Shown here piece by piece: positions 30,595 to 40,718 of a stretch of DNA of 45,123 nucleotides. The notes under the pieces are model-generated. The model ran no database searches, was not told where the DNA came from, and saw only the letters and a program-made list of their open reading frames with translations. The position numbers and the translations under genes are program-made. Origin of the DNA: an uncultured Ignavibacteriales bacterium (GTDB lineage: Bacteria > Zixibacteria > MSB-5A5 > GN15 > JAAZOE01); the NCBI GenBank assembly GCA_964611355.1, contig CAZSYD010000016.1, positions 1 to 45,123 of the forward strand. The letters run 5' to 3'. The first letter of the stretch is position 1. Every line of letters begins with the position of its first letter.

Positions 30595-33500
30595 TCAGTT
30601 CTTTTCCATCAGGTTAACATCCAGACCGAGTGCCTGGAGTTCCTTGACCAGGACATTAAAAGACTCCGGTATGCCCGGCTCAGGCGGGTTTTCTCCTTTG
30701 ACGATCGCTTCGTATATCTTGGAACGCCCGGCCACGTCATCAGATTTGACCGTCAACATCTCCTGCAGGGCATAGGCGGCGCCGTACGCTTCCATTGCCC
30801 AGACCTCCATTTCACCAAAGCGCTGGCCGCCAAACTGAGCTTTGCCGCCAAGCGGCTGCTGGGTGACCAGCGAATACGGCCCGATTGAGCGGGCATGGAT
30901 TTTGTCATCAACCAGATGGGAAAGCTTCAACATGTAAATGTATCCCACTGTTATCCGGTTATCGAATCGTTCGCCGGTTCGGCCATCGCGCAGCCAGGCT
31001 TTCCCGTCTTTGTCGACTCCGGCCTTTTTTATCTCCGCTCGTATCTCCTCCAGACTGGCGCCGTCAAAAACCGGAGAAGCGTAATGGATACCAAGTTTTT
31101 TGGCCGCCAGACCAAGGTGAGTCTCCAGAAGCTGACCAACATTCATTCTGGACGGGACACCCAGAGGATTGAGGATAATGTCCACCGGGGTGCCATCCTC
31201 CAGGTAGGGCATATCCTCAACCGGCACAATCCTTGAAACCACTCCTTTGTTGCCATGGCGTCCGGCCATTTTATCGCCGACCGAAACCTTACGCCTAATG
31301 GCCACATGGACTTTGACCAACTGCTTGACGCCGGGATGAAGTTCCGCACCGCGCTCGACCTTATCAATTTCGACCTCCATCTCTGCACGCTTATCGGATA
31401 GAAGAGATGACGCCTCGGCGATAATCTTGTCCACTCGCTTGCTGATCTTGTCGTCGTCGGTAAATCCATCGGGAGCAACCACCATATCAAAGTCGAAATC
31501 AACCAGATTCTCACGTTCGTACTTATGTCCGGCCCGAATCGTTACCGAATTATCAATAATTGACCGTACCGTATTAGCCTTCTTACCGTCAAGAATTTCA
31601 CCCAGCCGTCGGTTGCGATGAACGGTAATATCATGGAACAGCTTATTGTATGTTTTCTTAATTCCGGCGATATTCTGCCTTTCGTATTTTTTGGCCTCCT
31701 CGGATCTCTCCTTTCTGGAAAATACCTTGGTATCAATAACGATACCTTTCATTCCCGGCGGAGCTTTAAGAGAGGCATCGCGTACATCGCCGGCTTTTTC
31801 CCCGAAAATAGCCCGAAGCAGTCTTTCCTCGGGGGAAAGCTCAGTTTCCCCTTTCGGCGTAACCTTGCCGACCAGGATATCACCCGCCTCTACCTCGGCG
31901 CCGACGCGGATGATACCGTTTTCATCCAGATTCAACAGCGCTTCTTCGGAAACATTAGGTATCTCGCGAGTGATCTCCTCCGAACCTCTCTTGGTGTCAC
32001 GCACCTGAAGCTCAAATTCCTCGATATGAATCGAAGTGTATATATCTTCCGTCAAAAGCCTCTCGGAGAGAATAATAGCATCCTCGAAATTGTAGCCTAA
32101 CCAGGGCATAAAAGCGACCAATACATTGGCTCCCAACGCCAGCTCGCCGCAATCGGTCGCAGGGCCGTCAGCAATAATATTGGCGGCGTTTATCTTGTCG
32201 CCCACTTCCACGGTCGGACGCTGGTTAAAACAGGTATCCTGATTGGACCGTTTGAATTTCATCAGTTTATAAACGTCATCTTCGTAAAAACCCAGTTCGT
32301 CGGGTCGGGCCTTGAGATGAGGACGGATGACTATCTTCTGAGCGTCAACCTGAACCACGGTGCCGGCACGCCTGGCGATTACGGTTACGCCTGCGTCGGA
32401 AGCGGTTTTTTCCTCCATGCCGGTACCGACAAAAGGCGACTCCGTTTTCATAAGCGGCAGGGCCTGACGCTGCATATTGGACCCCATCAGTGCCCGGTTG
32501 GCGTCATCGTGTTCCAAAAAGGGAATCAACGAGGCCGCCACCGAGACCAACTGCCTGGGGGAAACGTCCATATATTCGACATCTTCAGCCACCACCACCG
32601 GATAATCATCCCGGTGCCGGGCGGTGATCATTGAGTTGACAAAATGCCCCTTACTGTCCAGAGGTTCATTTGCCTGGGCGATAATATGGCGGTCTTCCTC
32701 ATCGGCAGTCAAATATTCAATTTCGCCCGTGAATCGGCTGTTTTTAATTTTGCGGTACGGCGTCTCAATAAACCCGTAACGGTTTACTCGCGCATAAGTG
32801 GCCAGAGAAGCAATAAGGCCGATATTGGGCCCCTCCGGCGTTTCCACCGGGCATAGACGGCCATAATGAGTATGGTGCACGTCGCGCACCTCAAACCCGG
32901 CACGCTCGCGCGTTAAGCCACCCGGCCCCAGAGCCGACAAACGCCTTTTATGGGTCAGTTCGGAGAGCGGATTGGTCTGATCCATAAACTGTGACAATTG
33001 GGAAGACCCAAAGAAGGTATCGATAACCGAGGAAACCGTCCGAGCATTAATAAGCGATTGCGGCGTGATTTGATCCTCGCTCTTGAGGCTCATTCGTTCG
33101 CGGATGTTCCTTGCCACACGGGAGAGCCCGACGGAGAACAGGTTGGAAAGCAGTTCGCCGACCGTCCGCGCCCGGCGGTTTCCAAGATGGTCGATATCGT
33201 CGGTGTATCCATGGCTATTGCGAAGATCAACCAGGTATTTCATTATCTGGCAAAAATCCCTGGTGTCGAGCGTGGTTTGTTCCAGGGGAATATCCAATTT
33301 CAATCGCTGATTGATCATATACCGCCCCACCTCGCCGAGATCGTACCTTTTGGCATTGAAAAACAGACGATCCAGAAGCGATTCGGCCATTTCCAGTGTG
33401 GGCGGCTCACCGGGGCGAAGCAGCGAATAGATTTTATTCAGTGCCTCTTCCCTGTTGGAAGTAACGTCCTTGGCCAGGGTATTGATGATAACATAGGCCT

Positions 33501-34368
33501 CCCGATGTTCATCGATATGGATAACTTTGAGCTTTTTTATCTTCAAGGCGGCCAGTTTCTCAAGATGCGCTTCGCTTATAGTCTCACCGGCCTTGATAAT
33601 TATTTCACCCGTTTCAGTATCAACCACCGTTTGAGCCGCAAAATTACCGGCCAGATTTTTGGTTTTTTTCGGAGTCAATGTAATCTCGGCGACGTCGTAA
33701 AATAGGTCGAGGATTTCCTCATCACTGGAATAACCGATGGCTCGCAGCAGCACCGTCGCGTGCAACTTGCGACGGGAATCGATATGAACGTGCATGACGT
33801 CGCTTACGTCGACGTCAAACTCCACCCAGCTTCCTCGATACGGTATGATGCGGGCCGAAAATATCTGTTTGCCGTTGGGATGGATAACCTCATTGAAGAA
33901 GACACCGGGCGAGCGATGCAATTGCGAGACAATTACCCGCTCCGAGCCGTTTATAATAAATGTCCCCCGCTCATTGATTATAGGCAGCTCGCCGAAGTAA
34001 ACGTCCTGCTCAATAATATCTTTTACCTGTTTCTCCTTGCCCTCTCCCTCGCGCGTAACCAGGCGCAGGGTCGCCTTAAGCGGCGCAGCATAGGTCATAT
34101 TACGCTCTCGACATTCCTCGATAGAATATCGCTTGGTGCCGAGCGAATACCGGACAAATTCCAGAGAGTGGTTCTCACGGATATCCGAGATCGGAAAAAT
34201 TTCGCTAAAAATCTGTTGGAGGCCCTGGTGCTTTCGTTTTCCGGGTTCTATGCCAGCCTGGAGAAAATCGTCGTACGCTTTTAATTGCACATCAAGCAGG
34301 TTAGGCATCTCCATCCCGCTGGGAATGCTGCCGAAATTTTTGCGCTTAATGGGTATTTTCCTTGCCAA
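30595..34368 (-). CDS. rpoB: RNA polymerase beta subunit
   Basis: [33 protein letters not shown] and [12 protein letters not shown] start chosen from the GGAGG RBS. Confidence 0.98.
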   Translation of the reverse strand: MARKIPIKRKNFGSIPSGMEMPNLLDVQLKAYDDFLQAGIEPGKRKHQGLQQIFSEIFPISDIRENHSLEFVRYSLGTKRYSIEECRERNMTYAAPLKATLRLVTREGEGKEKQVKDIIEQDVYFGELPIINERGTFIINGSERVIVSQLHRSPGVFFNEVIHPNGKQIFSARIIPYRGSWVEFDVDVSDVMHVHIDSRRKLHATVLLRAIGYSSDEEILDLFYDVAEITLTPKKTKNLAGNFAAQTVVDTETGEIIIKAGETISEAHLEKLAALKIKKLKVIHIDEHREAYVIINTLAKDVTSNREEALNKIYSLLRPGEPPTLEMAESLLDRLFFNAKRYDLGEVGRYMINQRLKLDIPLEQTTLDTRDFCQIMKYLVDLRNSHGYTDDIDHLGNRRARTVGELLSNLFSVGLSRVARNIRERMSLKSEDQITPQSLINARTVSSVIDTFFGSSQLSQFMDQTNPLSELTHKRRLSALGPGGLTRERAGFEVRDVHHTHYGRLCPVETPEGPNIGLIASLATYARVNRYGFIETPYRKIKNSRFTGEIEYLTADEEDRHIIAQANEPLDSKGHFVNSMITARHRDDYPVVVAEDVEYMDVSPRQLVSVAASLIPFLEHDDANRALMGSNMQRQALPLMKTESPFVGTGMEEKTASDAGVTVIARRAGTVVQVDAQKIVIRPHLKARPDELGFYEDDVYKLMKFKRSNQDTCFNQRPTVEVGDKINAANIIADGPATDCGELALGANVLVAFMPWLGYNFEDAIILSERLLTEDIYTSIHIEEFELQVRDTKRGSEEITREIPNVSEEALLNLDENGIIRVGAEVEAGDILVGKVTPKGETELSPEERLLRAIFGEKAGDVRDASLKAPPGMKGIVIDTKVFSRKERSEEAKKYERQNIAGIKKTYNKLFHDITVHRNRRLGEILDGKKANTVRSIIDNSVTIRAGHKYERENLVDFDFDMVVAPDGFTDDDKISKRVDKIIAEASSLLSDKRAEMEVEIDKVERGAELHPGVKQLVKVHVAIRRKVSVGDKMAGRHGNKGVVSRIVPVEDMPYLEDGTPVDIILNPLGVPSRMNVGQLLETHLGLAAKKLGIHYASPVFDGASLEEIRAEIKKAGVDKDGKAWLRDGRTGERFDNRITVGYIYMLKLSHLVDDKIHARSIGPYSLVTQQPLGGKAQFGGQRFGEMEVWAMEAYGAAYALQEMLTVKSDDVAGRSKIYEAIVKGENPPEPGIPESFNVLVKELQALGLDVNLMEKN

Positions 34369-34615
34369 AGCGTATTTCCTCCGAATTAAGACAATAAACC
34401 ACCCTTGCCAGCCAAAATAATTATGCCGCGCAGGTGGCTGAAACATTCATATTCGAATACCTGAAAGGCAAATCTTTGTTTACTCTATCTCTCAAAATAT
34501 TAGAGCTTCTCATAACCTCAGGTATTAAAACACAACCACAGTAATACGGTACTCCCCCCTTGATACGACAGGGTAAAAACGGAGTAAGTGTCTCACGCGA
34601 ATAGATAAGACGTTG

Positions 34616-35002
34616 TCATTTGATTTCTACCTGTGCGCCGACTTCCTGCAGCTTATCGCGAATAGCCTCCGCCTCCTCCTTTGGAATTCCCTCCTTAACA
34701 ACTCCGGGGATACCGTCGACCAGGGCCTTGGCCTCCTTAAGGCCAAGATTGGTGATTTCGCGCACCACCTTGATAACCTGTATCTTCTTATCACCGGAAG
34801 CCTGGAGCTCGACCGTAAACTCGGTCTTTTCCTCGGCGGCAGCTTCGCCGCCGGCAGCGGGCGCCGCGGCGACAGCCACTGGCGCCGCGGCCGTTACGCC
34901 AAATTTATCCTGGAGAGTCTTAGAGAGATCGGCCAGTTCGAGGACCGTCAGCTTCTCAATTTTCTCGACTATTTCCATAATGGTTTTGTTCTCTTCGGCC
35001 AC
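34616..35002 (-). CDS. rplL: 50S ribosomal protein L7/L12
   Basis: Ala-rich hinge, EEKTEF.V.L and [23 protein letters not shown] start. Confidence 0.98.
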   Translation of the reverse strand: MAEENKTIMEIVEKIEKLTVLELADLSKTLQDKFGVTAAAPVAVAAAPAAGGEAAAEEKTEFTVELQASGDKKIQVIKVVREITNLGLKEAKALVDGIPGVVKEGIPKEEAEAIRDKLQEVGAQVEIK

Positions 35003-35134
35003 AGTTGTTTCCTTTCTTTAGACAATTCCTGTTTTCTTATGTTCCCCTAACGAGCCGGTTCAATCAGACGCCCGACCCGGCAGAAACTACCCCGCGCCGA
35101 TACAGTCACGGCCGGTAAACTATTAAAAAGTATT

Positions 35135-35665
35135 TTATCCTTCTCCTCTATTCTTTGCCAGGGCCTCAACCGTGCCAATTAGCTCTCGAAGGATTCCTTC
35201 GAGCGTGCCGACCAGGCCAACCATCGGACTTTCCACCGCGGCAACCAGTCTCGATAAAAGCCCCGCCCTTGACGGCAGATTGGCGATACGTTCGACATCG
35301 GCAGCCGGAAAAGACTGCCTGTCGATATAAAACACCTTCACCGCCGGCTTGCCTATTTCGCTGAATTCCTTACCGGCGTCATAAAAAATTTTAGCCGGCA
35401 CGTTGGGATCGGCGTTGGAAAAGGCAATCGCCGTCGGCCCGCTGAGATGCTGAACAACATCATCGTACCCGGCCTCCCTGGCGGCAATTTGCATCAGGGT
35501 ATTCTTGGCCACAATATATTTTATACCGTTTTCTCGCAGGTCCTTTCGCAATCGGGTTATCTGCTCGACATTCAAACCGACGTAATCGGTCACAAAAATA
35601 TTATCCGCTCGGGAAAAGCGCTCTTTCAGGCCGGCCACCTTGTCTATCTTAGTTTGCGTCGGCAT
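35135..35665 (-). CDS. rplJ: 50S ribosomal protein L10
   Basis: DYVGLNV..IT.LR, VAKNTL, LSGPTAIAF and IANLPSR. Confidence 0.96.
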   Translation of the reverse strand: MPTQTKIDKVAGLKERFSRADNIFVTDYVGLNVEQITRLRKDLRENGIKYIVAKNTLMQIAAREAGYDDVVQHLSGPTAIAFSNADPNVPAKIFYDAGKEFSEIGKPAVKVFYIDRQSFPAADVERIANLPSRAGLLSRLVAAVESPMVGLVGTLEGILRELIGTVEALAKNRGEG

Positions 35666-35678
35666 GGCATCTTCCCTT

Positions 35679-36383
35679 CTACTTCTTTAGTTCCGTTAGA
35701 ATGGCATTATGGTCAAGCCTGAGTCCCACTCCCATGGTGGAACTGATGGCGGCTCCTCTGATATAAGTTCCCTTCGCCGCCACCGGTTTAGCGCGAATAA
35801 TCGCACCTACAAAAGCCATGGCATTTTCGACCAGCTTTTCGGCATCAAATGACACCTTGCCGATCGACGCTGAAAGACCGCCTTGTTTATCCACGCGAAA
35901 TTCGATCTTGCCGGCCTTTAATTCCCTGATCGCCCTGCCAACATCCATCGTGACCGTTCCCGATTTCGGATTAGGCATCAGACCGCGCGGACCAAGGATT
36001 TTGCCAAGCCGTCCGACTTTGCCCATCATATCCGGCGTCGCCACAACAACGTCAAAATCAAGCCACCCTTCTTGAATCTTCTGCACCATATTGTCGGCGC
36101 CGACGTAATCGGCTCCGGCCTCGGCAGCCTCTTTTTCCTTCTCGCCCTGCGAAAAGGCAAGGACCCTGACCGATTTACCGGTGCCGTTCGGAAGCGTAAC
36201 CGTGCCGCGTACGATTTGATCGGCATGACGTGGATCGACGCCGAGTCTAAGGTTGACATCAACGGACTCGTCAAACTTCGCTAACCGATTATCCTTAATG
36301 AACCGAATCGACTCCTCAAGTGAGTACCGTTTCAGCCGATCGGTTTTTTCTTTTACCTGACGGTAGTTTTTTGAACGTTTCAT
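35679..36383 (-). CDS. rplA: 50S ribosomal protein L1
   Basis: [20 protein letters not shown] and [15 protein letters not shown]. Confidence 0.98.
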   Translation of the reverse strand: MKRSKNYRQVKEKTDRLKRYSLEESIRFIKDNRLAKFDESVDVNLRLGVDPRHADQIVRGTVTLPNGTGKSVRVLAFSQGEKEKEAAEAGADYVGADNMVQKIQEGWLDFDVVVATPDMMGKVGRLGKILGPRGLMPNPKSGTVTMDVGRAIRELKAGKIEFRVDKQGGLSASIGKVSFDAEKLVENAMAFVGAIIRAKPVAAKGTYIRGAAISSTMGVGLRLDHNAILTELKK

Positions 36384-36437
36384 TAGTCTTCATTCTCCCT
36401 ATACATCTTTAATGAATAGGTATTTGCGAATATGTCG

Positions 36438-36863
36438 CTACTGCGCCACGTTAACGCCCATTGATCGGCATGTGCCTTCGATGATGCGCACCGCCGCATC
36501 AAGATCGGAAGCGTTAAGATCGGGGTCCTTAAGCTTGGCGATTTCTTCAAGTTGGGCCCGGGTAATGATGCCAACCTTGTTTCGATTCGGCTCGCCGGAA
36601 CCCTTGCCCAAACCAATCGCCTTCTTGATCAAAACCGCTGCCGGAGGGGTCTTGGTAACAAACGAAAACGATTTATCCTTATACACGGTGATGACTACCG
36701 GAATAATCAGTCCGGCATCCTTCTGGGTACGTGTATTGAAAGCCTTGCAGAACTCCATAATGTTAACGCCGCGCTGACCTAATGCGGGGCCCACCGGCGG
36801 AGCCGGATTCGCGTTCCCGGCCACAATCTGAAGTTTTATAAAAGCATCAACTTTTTTCGCCAC
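36438..36863 (-). CDS. rplK: 50S ribosomal protein L11
   Basis: [25 protein letters not shown] and KTPPA. Confidence 0.98.
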   Translation of the reverse strand: MAKKVDAFIKLQIVAGNANPAPPVGPALGQRGVNIMEFCKAFNTRTQKDAGLIIPVVITVYKDKSFSFVTKTPPAAVLIKKAIGLGKGSGEPNRNKVGIITRAQLEEIAKLKDPDLNASDLDAAVRIIEGTCRSMGVNVAQ

Positions 36864-36877
36864 GACGACAACTCCTG

Positions 36878-37417
36878 CTAACTGGCCTTCCTGCTCAGTT
36901 CCACCTGAAGGAAATCGAGTTCCACCGGTGTAGGGCGGCCAAAAATCGAAACCATAACCTTGACCTTCTTGCGCTCCATGTTAACTTCGGAAACAAACCC
37001 CGAAAAATCGGCAAAGGGACCGTCGGTCACCTTTACCTGATCGCCGGCCATGAATGGAATATCGGTCAGCTTCGCATCTCGTTTCCTGTCCACCTGACCC
37101 ATGATGCGGTCAACCTCTTCCTGTTTGAGAGGCTGAGGCTTCCCCCTGGCACCGACGAAATTGGTGATACCGGGCGTAGAAATGACAAGATTCTGGGTGA
37201 TCTTGTCGATATCCATCTCCACCAGGATATAGCTGGGCAGGAACTTCTTGGTCGATGTCGACCGTTTACCATCCCTCATTTCAGTTACCTGTTCGGTCGG
37301 GATCAGAACCTGGCCAAACTTGTCCTGCAGGCCGTTTGATTCAACGGCCGATTCCAGGTACCTTTTGGCCTTCTGTTCATGACCGGAATAGGTATGTACC
37401 GCGTACCACCGAAGCAC
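36878..37417 (-). CDS. nusG: Transcription termination/antitermination factor NusG
   Basis: [23 protein letters not shown] motif and [15 protein letters not shown] start after a GGGGA RBS. Confidence 0.96.
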   Translation of the reverse strand: MLRWYAVHTYSGHEQKAKRYLESAVESNGLQDKFGQVLIPTEQVTEMRDGKRSTSTKKFLPSYILVEMDIDKITQNLVISTPGITNFVGARGKPQPLKQEEVDRIMGQVDRKRDAKLTDIPFMAGDQVKVTDGPFADFSGFVSEVNMERKKVKVMVSIFGRPTPVELDFLQVELSRKAS

Positions 37418-37439
37418 TATTGTTTCCCCAGTTTTGGTT

Positions 37440-37619
37440 TCAGAAAATGGCTCGCACACCTTTGTCGAGCACAAAATCGACCACCCCGATAAAAATCGAA
37501 AGAATTATCGAAACGATCACAGTTACGATAGTGGAACCGATAATCTCGCTTTTGGACGGCCACGTCACCTTATTCAGTTCCGTTCTGACTTCTTTTAGGA
37601 ATTTGACTATCTTTTGCAC
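37440..37619 (-). CDS. secE: Preprotein translocase SecE
   Basis: FLKEVRTELNKVTWPS plus a single TM helix; GTG start downstream of tRNA-Trp. Confidence 0.95.
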   Translation of the reverse strand: MQKIVKFLKEVRTELNKVTWPSKSEIIGSTIVTVIVSIILSIFIGVVDFVLDKGVRAIF

Positions 37620-37643
37620 AACTAACTTTCTAACCTTCTTTTG

Positions 37644-37716
37644 CAGGCCAGGAGGGACTCGAACCCCCAACCGCCGGTTTTGGAGACCGGAACTCTCCCA
37701 GTTGAGTTACTGGCCT
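37644..37716 (-). tRNA. tRNA-Trp(CCA)
   Basis: AGGCCAGTAACTCAACTGGGAGAGTT-CCGGT-CT-CCA-AA-ACCGG...GGTTCGAGTCCCTCCTGGCCTG; usual position between rpmG and secE. Confidence 0.95.
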
Positions 37717-37722
37717 GTGAGC

Positions 37723-37875
37723 TTACCTGATTTCCTTATGAGGAGTATGTTTATTGCAAAACGGGCAATATTTGCGATATTCCAGCCGCTCAGGATGTTT
37801 CTTCTTGTTCTTGGTTGTCGTGTAATTCCGCTGTTTGCATTCGGTACACGCCAGCGTTACGATATCTCGCGGCAT
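37723..37875 (-). CDS. rpmG: 50S ribosomal protein L33 (zinc-binding type)
   Basis: Not in the ORF track; translated by hand as [50 protein letters not shown]. Confidence 0.97.
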   Translation of the reverse strand: MPRDIVTLACTECKQRNYTTTKNKKKHPERLEYRKYCPFCNKHTPHKEIR

Positions 37876-37898
37876 TTTCACATCCCAACAATTAAAAG

Positions 37899-39104
37899 TT
37901 ATTCCACTACATCGGAGATGACGCCGGCGCCGATGGTCCGGCCGCCCTCGCGAATGGCAAAACGAAGCTCCTTCTCCATCGCTATCGGCGTTATCAACTC
38001 CGCATCAATCGTCACGTTATCACCGGGCATCACCATCTCCGTACCCTCGGGAAGTTTCACCGTACCCGTTACGTCCGTCGTCCGAAAATAAAACTGAGGA
38101 CGATATCCATCGAAAAACGGCGTGTGACGACCACCCTCCTCCTTCGTCAACACGTAAACCTCGCCCTTGAACTTCGTATGAGGAGTGATCGAACCCGGCT
38201 TGGCCAATACCATGCCTCGCTCCAAATCCTCCTTGTCAACACCGCGCAAAAGCAAGCCCACATTGTCTCCGGCCTGAGCAAAATCCAATATCTTCCGAAA
38301 CATCTCAACACCCGTGCATACCGTCTTCCGCGTCTCCCTGATACCAACTACCTCAACGTCATTACCGGTCCTGATCGTACCTCGCTCTACTCGACCCGTC
38401 CCCACCGTACCACGACCGGTGATCGAAAATACGTCCTCAACGGGCATCAAAAACGGCTTGTCGGTGTCACGCTCAGGCGTCGGTATGTAATTGTCTATCG
38501 CATCCAAAAGCTCATACACCGACTTGAACGACGGATCATCCGCTATCGACATATCAGCCGCCTTCGTCATCGCCTCCAACGCGCTCCCGCGTATCACCGG
38601 TATGTCATCACCCGGAAAATCATACTTGCTCAATAAATCCCGAACCTCCAACTCCACCAAATCCAAAAGCTCGGGATCATCCACCATGTCAACCTTGTTC
38701 ATGTAAACCACTATATACGGCACACCCACCTGACGAGCCAAAAGTATATGCTCTCGCGTCTGAGGCATCGGACCATCATTCGCCGATACCACCAATATCG
38801 CACCGTCCATCTGTGCCGCACCCGTTATCATGTTCTTTACATAATCCGCGTGACCGGGACAATCCACATGCGCATAATGACGCTTGTCCGTCTCATACTC
38901 CACGTGCGCAGTCGCTATCGTTATACCTCGCTCCTTCTCCTCCGGAGCATTGTCAATCGAATCAAATGAACGCACCTCCGCCTGATTCTTACGAGCCAGC
39001 AACATCGTCATCGCAGCCGTCAAAGTCGTCTTCCCGTGATCCACATGACCTATCGTCCCCACGTTCACATGAGGCTTCGTCCGCTCATATCTTTCCTTGG
39101 CCAT
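37899..39104 (-). CDS. tuf: Elongation factor Tu (tRNA-linked copy)
   Basis: Protein identical to that of 22056..23261; stop is TAA rather than TAG. Confidence 0.99.
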   Translation of the reverse strand: MAKERYERTKPHVNVGTIGHVDHGKTTLTAAMTMLLARKNQAEVRSFDSIDNAPEEKERGITIATAHVEYETDKRHYAHVDCPGHADYVKNMITGAAQMDGAILVVSANDGPMPQTREHILLARQVGVPYIVVYMNKVDMVDDPELLDLVELEVRDLLSKYDFPGDDIPVIRGSALEAMTKAADMSIADDPSFKSVYELLDAIDNYIPTPERDTDKPFLMPVEDVFSITGRGTVGTGRVERGTIRTGNDVEVVGIRETRKTVCTGVEMFRKILDFAQAGDNVGLLLRGVDKEDLERGMVLAKPGSITPHTKFKGEVYVLTKEEGGRHTPFFDGYRPQFYFRTTDVTGTVKLPEGTEMVMPGDNVTIDAELITPIAMEKELRFAIREGGRTIGAGVISDVVE

Positions 39105-39106
39105 CG
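37900..39106. repeat. 1.2-kb direct repeat (tuf copy 2; partner 22057..23263)
   Basis: Same nucleotide sequence at offset 15843 wherever compared by eye; the antisense ORF translations are also identical. Confidence 0.9.
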
Positions 39107-39138
39107 CCAATTCCTCCGAATATTGAAAATCCCCACAA

Positions 39139-39211
39139 AGCCCAGAACCAGGATCGAACTGGTGACCTCGTCCTTACCAAGGACGTGCTCTACCGTCTGA
39201 GCTATCTGGGC
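39139..39211 (-). tRNA. tRNA-Thr(GGT)
   Basis: GCCCAGATAGCTCAGACGGTAGAGCA-CGTCC-TT-GGT-AA-GGACG...AGTTCGATCCTGGTTCTGGGCT; directly upstream of tuf. Confidence 0.95.
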
Positions 39212-39265
39212 TTTAATCTTTTCCCATCACAAAAATAGGCATAATCGCCTAATCTAAAACGTACC

Positions 39266-39293
39266 AATTTAATACCTATATTCCTCTTGTCAA
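39266..39293 (-). promoter_or_regulatory. Putative sigma70 promoter for tRNA-Thr-tuf
   Basis: TTGACA-16 nt-TAAATT with an A/T-rich upstream tract. Confidence 0.6.
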
Positions 39294-39594
39294 CAGTTTT
39301 TTATTATAAACTGTCTTAGTGGAATTTCTCCCGCCTTTTGCGGTAGTTCGTCATTTGGTCCTGCCGGCGTGCCGCTAAATCGGCCTATCGTAAAACTTAT
39401 CGGCAAATCAAATCCCAATTTAATAAAAAAATGCGCAAAATCTACACAAAATCAGCTTATTTATGAAAACCGGCCGGAAAATCGCTTCAGGCTCAATGGT
39501 CAGGCCGAAACCTCCATTTCACAGGGTAATTTCCCGTAATTTCATCCATATCGCTTTCGCCATAAAAAACAACAATCACCACCCGCCCGCATTT

Positions 39595-39671
39595 TGGAGC
39601 GGGAGACGGGATTCGAACCCGCGACCAACAGCTTGGAAGGCTGTTACTCTAGCCAACTGAGTTACTCCCGC
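39595..39671 (-). tRNA. tRNA-Gly(TCC)
   Basis: GCGGGAGTAACTCAGTTGGCTAGAGTA-ACAGC-CT-TCC-AA-GCTGT...GGTTCGAATCCCGTCTCCCGCTCCA; CCA encoded. Confidence 0.95.
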
Positions 39672-39826
39672 ATTCTTTGGAAAACAATATAAATCCGGCG
39701 GCTTCCGGTTGGCAAGTCTTTTCTCCGCCAAACCATCAAGACTTACATTACCAGAAAATACAGACCGGCCCGGCAGGTTCCGACCGGAAGAAATTGACGC
39801 TTTTGGCTGAAAACCCGGCTAATTTA

Positions 39827-40711
39827 TTAATTGAAGCTCGGCCGACCCGGCTGGCCCTCGGGAAGACGGCCCCAGTGGAGTTTGGTACGCAAGACGTCGT
39901 AGAATGAATTTTTCTTGAAGACAATAAAATCAATATAGTAATCAGCCTTGCGGACAATTACGCTTGACTCCCGGGTCAGGTTACAGGCCACCTGGCCGTC
40001 AATCGTCAACACCGGATCGCTGTTGCTGGAATGGACAAAAACGCGCAGCCTGACATTCTCGGAAAAGACAATGGGCCGCGTAGTAAGAGCAAAGGGGGAA
40101 ATCGGCGAGACGACAAAAGCCGGCATCAGCGGATGGAGAATCGGCCCGCCCACCGCCAGAGAATAGGCGGTCGAACCGGTTGGCGTGGAAATAATCAGGC
40201 CGTCGGCGGCGTAGGAACAGATAAAATAGTCGTCGGCGAAGAGGTCAAGATAGATCATACGTGAAACCGAACCACGGTCGACCACTACATCGTTTAAGGC
40301 GTACGGATAATCCATTTTGGCGGCGCCTTCGACTTGGACTTCAGCCACCATCCGTTTTTCGATCTTGTAGTTCTTTTCCAATACGGCGGTAAGCGTTTCC
40401 TCGACGAGGTTCGGCGTTTGCTGCGTAAGAAAACCTAGGGAGCCGACATTTATTCCAAGAATCGGCTTGCCGTGGCGGCCAACCGCACGGGCGGTGGCCA
40501 GAAGAGTACCGTCGCCGCCAAGCGAAACAACGACATCAGTTTTTTTCGGTATTTCGCCTGGTGGAAGAAACGATTGTTGACCGCCAACCTTCTCAGAGAT
40601 ACTCTCCGAAAAGCAAAGCGTAACATCGTTTTGTTCGGCCCAGTTAATAATTCGTTGAATAACTTTATCGGCGTCGGGCCGATCCATATTGGCAAATATT
40701 CCCAGCCGCAT
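39827..40711 (-). CDS. nadK: NAD kinase
   Basis: LGGDGTLL, GINVGSLGFL, ALND and ADGLIISTPTGSTAYSLAVGGP. Confidence 0.97.
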   Translation of the reverse strand: MRLGIFANMDRPDADKVIQRIINWAEQNDVTLCFSESISEKVGGQQSFLPPGEIPKKTDVVVSLGGDGTLLATARAVGRHGKPILGINVGSLGFLTQQTPNLVEETLTAVLEKNYKIEKRMVAEVQVEGAAKMDYPYALNDVVVDRGSVSRMIYLDLFADDYFICSYAADGLIISTPTGSTAYSLAVGGPILHPLMPAFVVSPISPFALTTRPIVFSENVRLRVFVHSSNSDPVLTIDGQVACNLTRESSVIVRKADYYIDFIVFKKNSFYDVLRTKLHWGRLPEGQPGRPSFN

Positions 40712-40718
40712 TTATCTC

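Noticed and set aside
32930..33020. Antibiotic-resistance alleles (rpoB rifampicin region; also rpsL Lys42/Lys87 region)
   Set aside because: [32 protein letters not shown] and RVKDLPG are wild-type-like.
26472..34368. Possible inteins or introns in rpoB/rpoC
   Set aside because: Lengths are normal and there are no splicing or homing-endonuclease motifs. The extra segments correspond to known lineage-specific RNA polymerase insertions.
39463..39957. Short ORFs around tRNA-Gly
   Set aside because: They overlap the tRNA or nadK and have no recognisable motifs.
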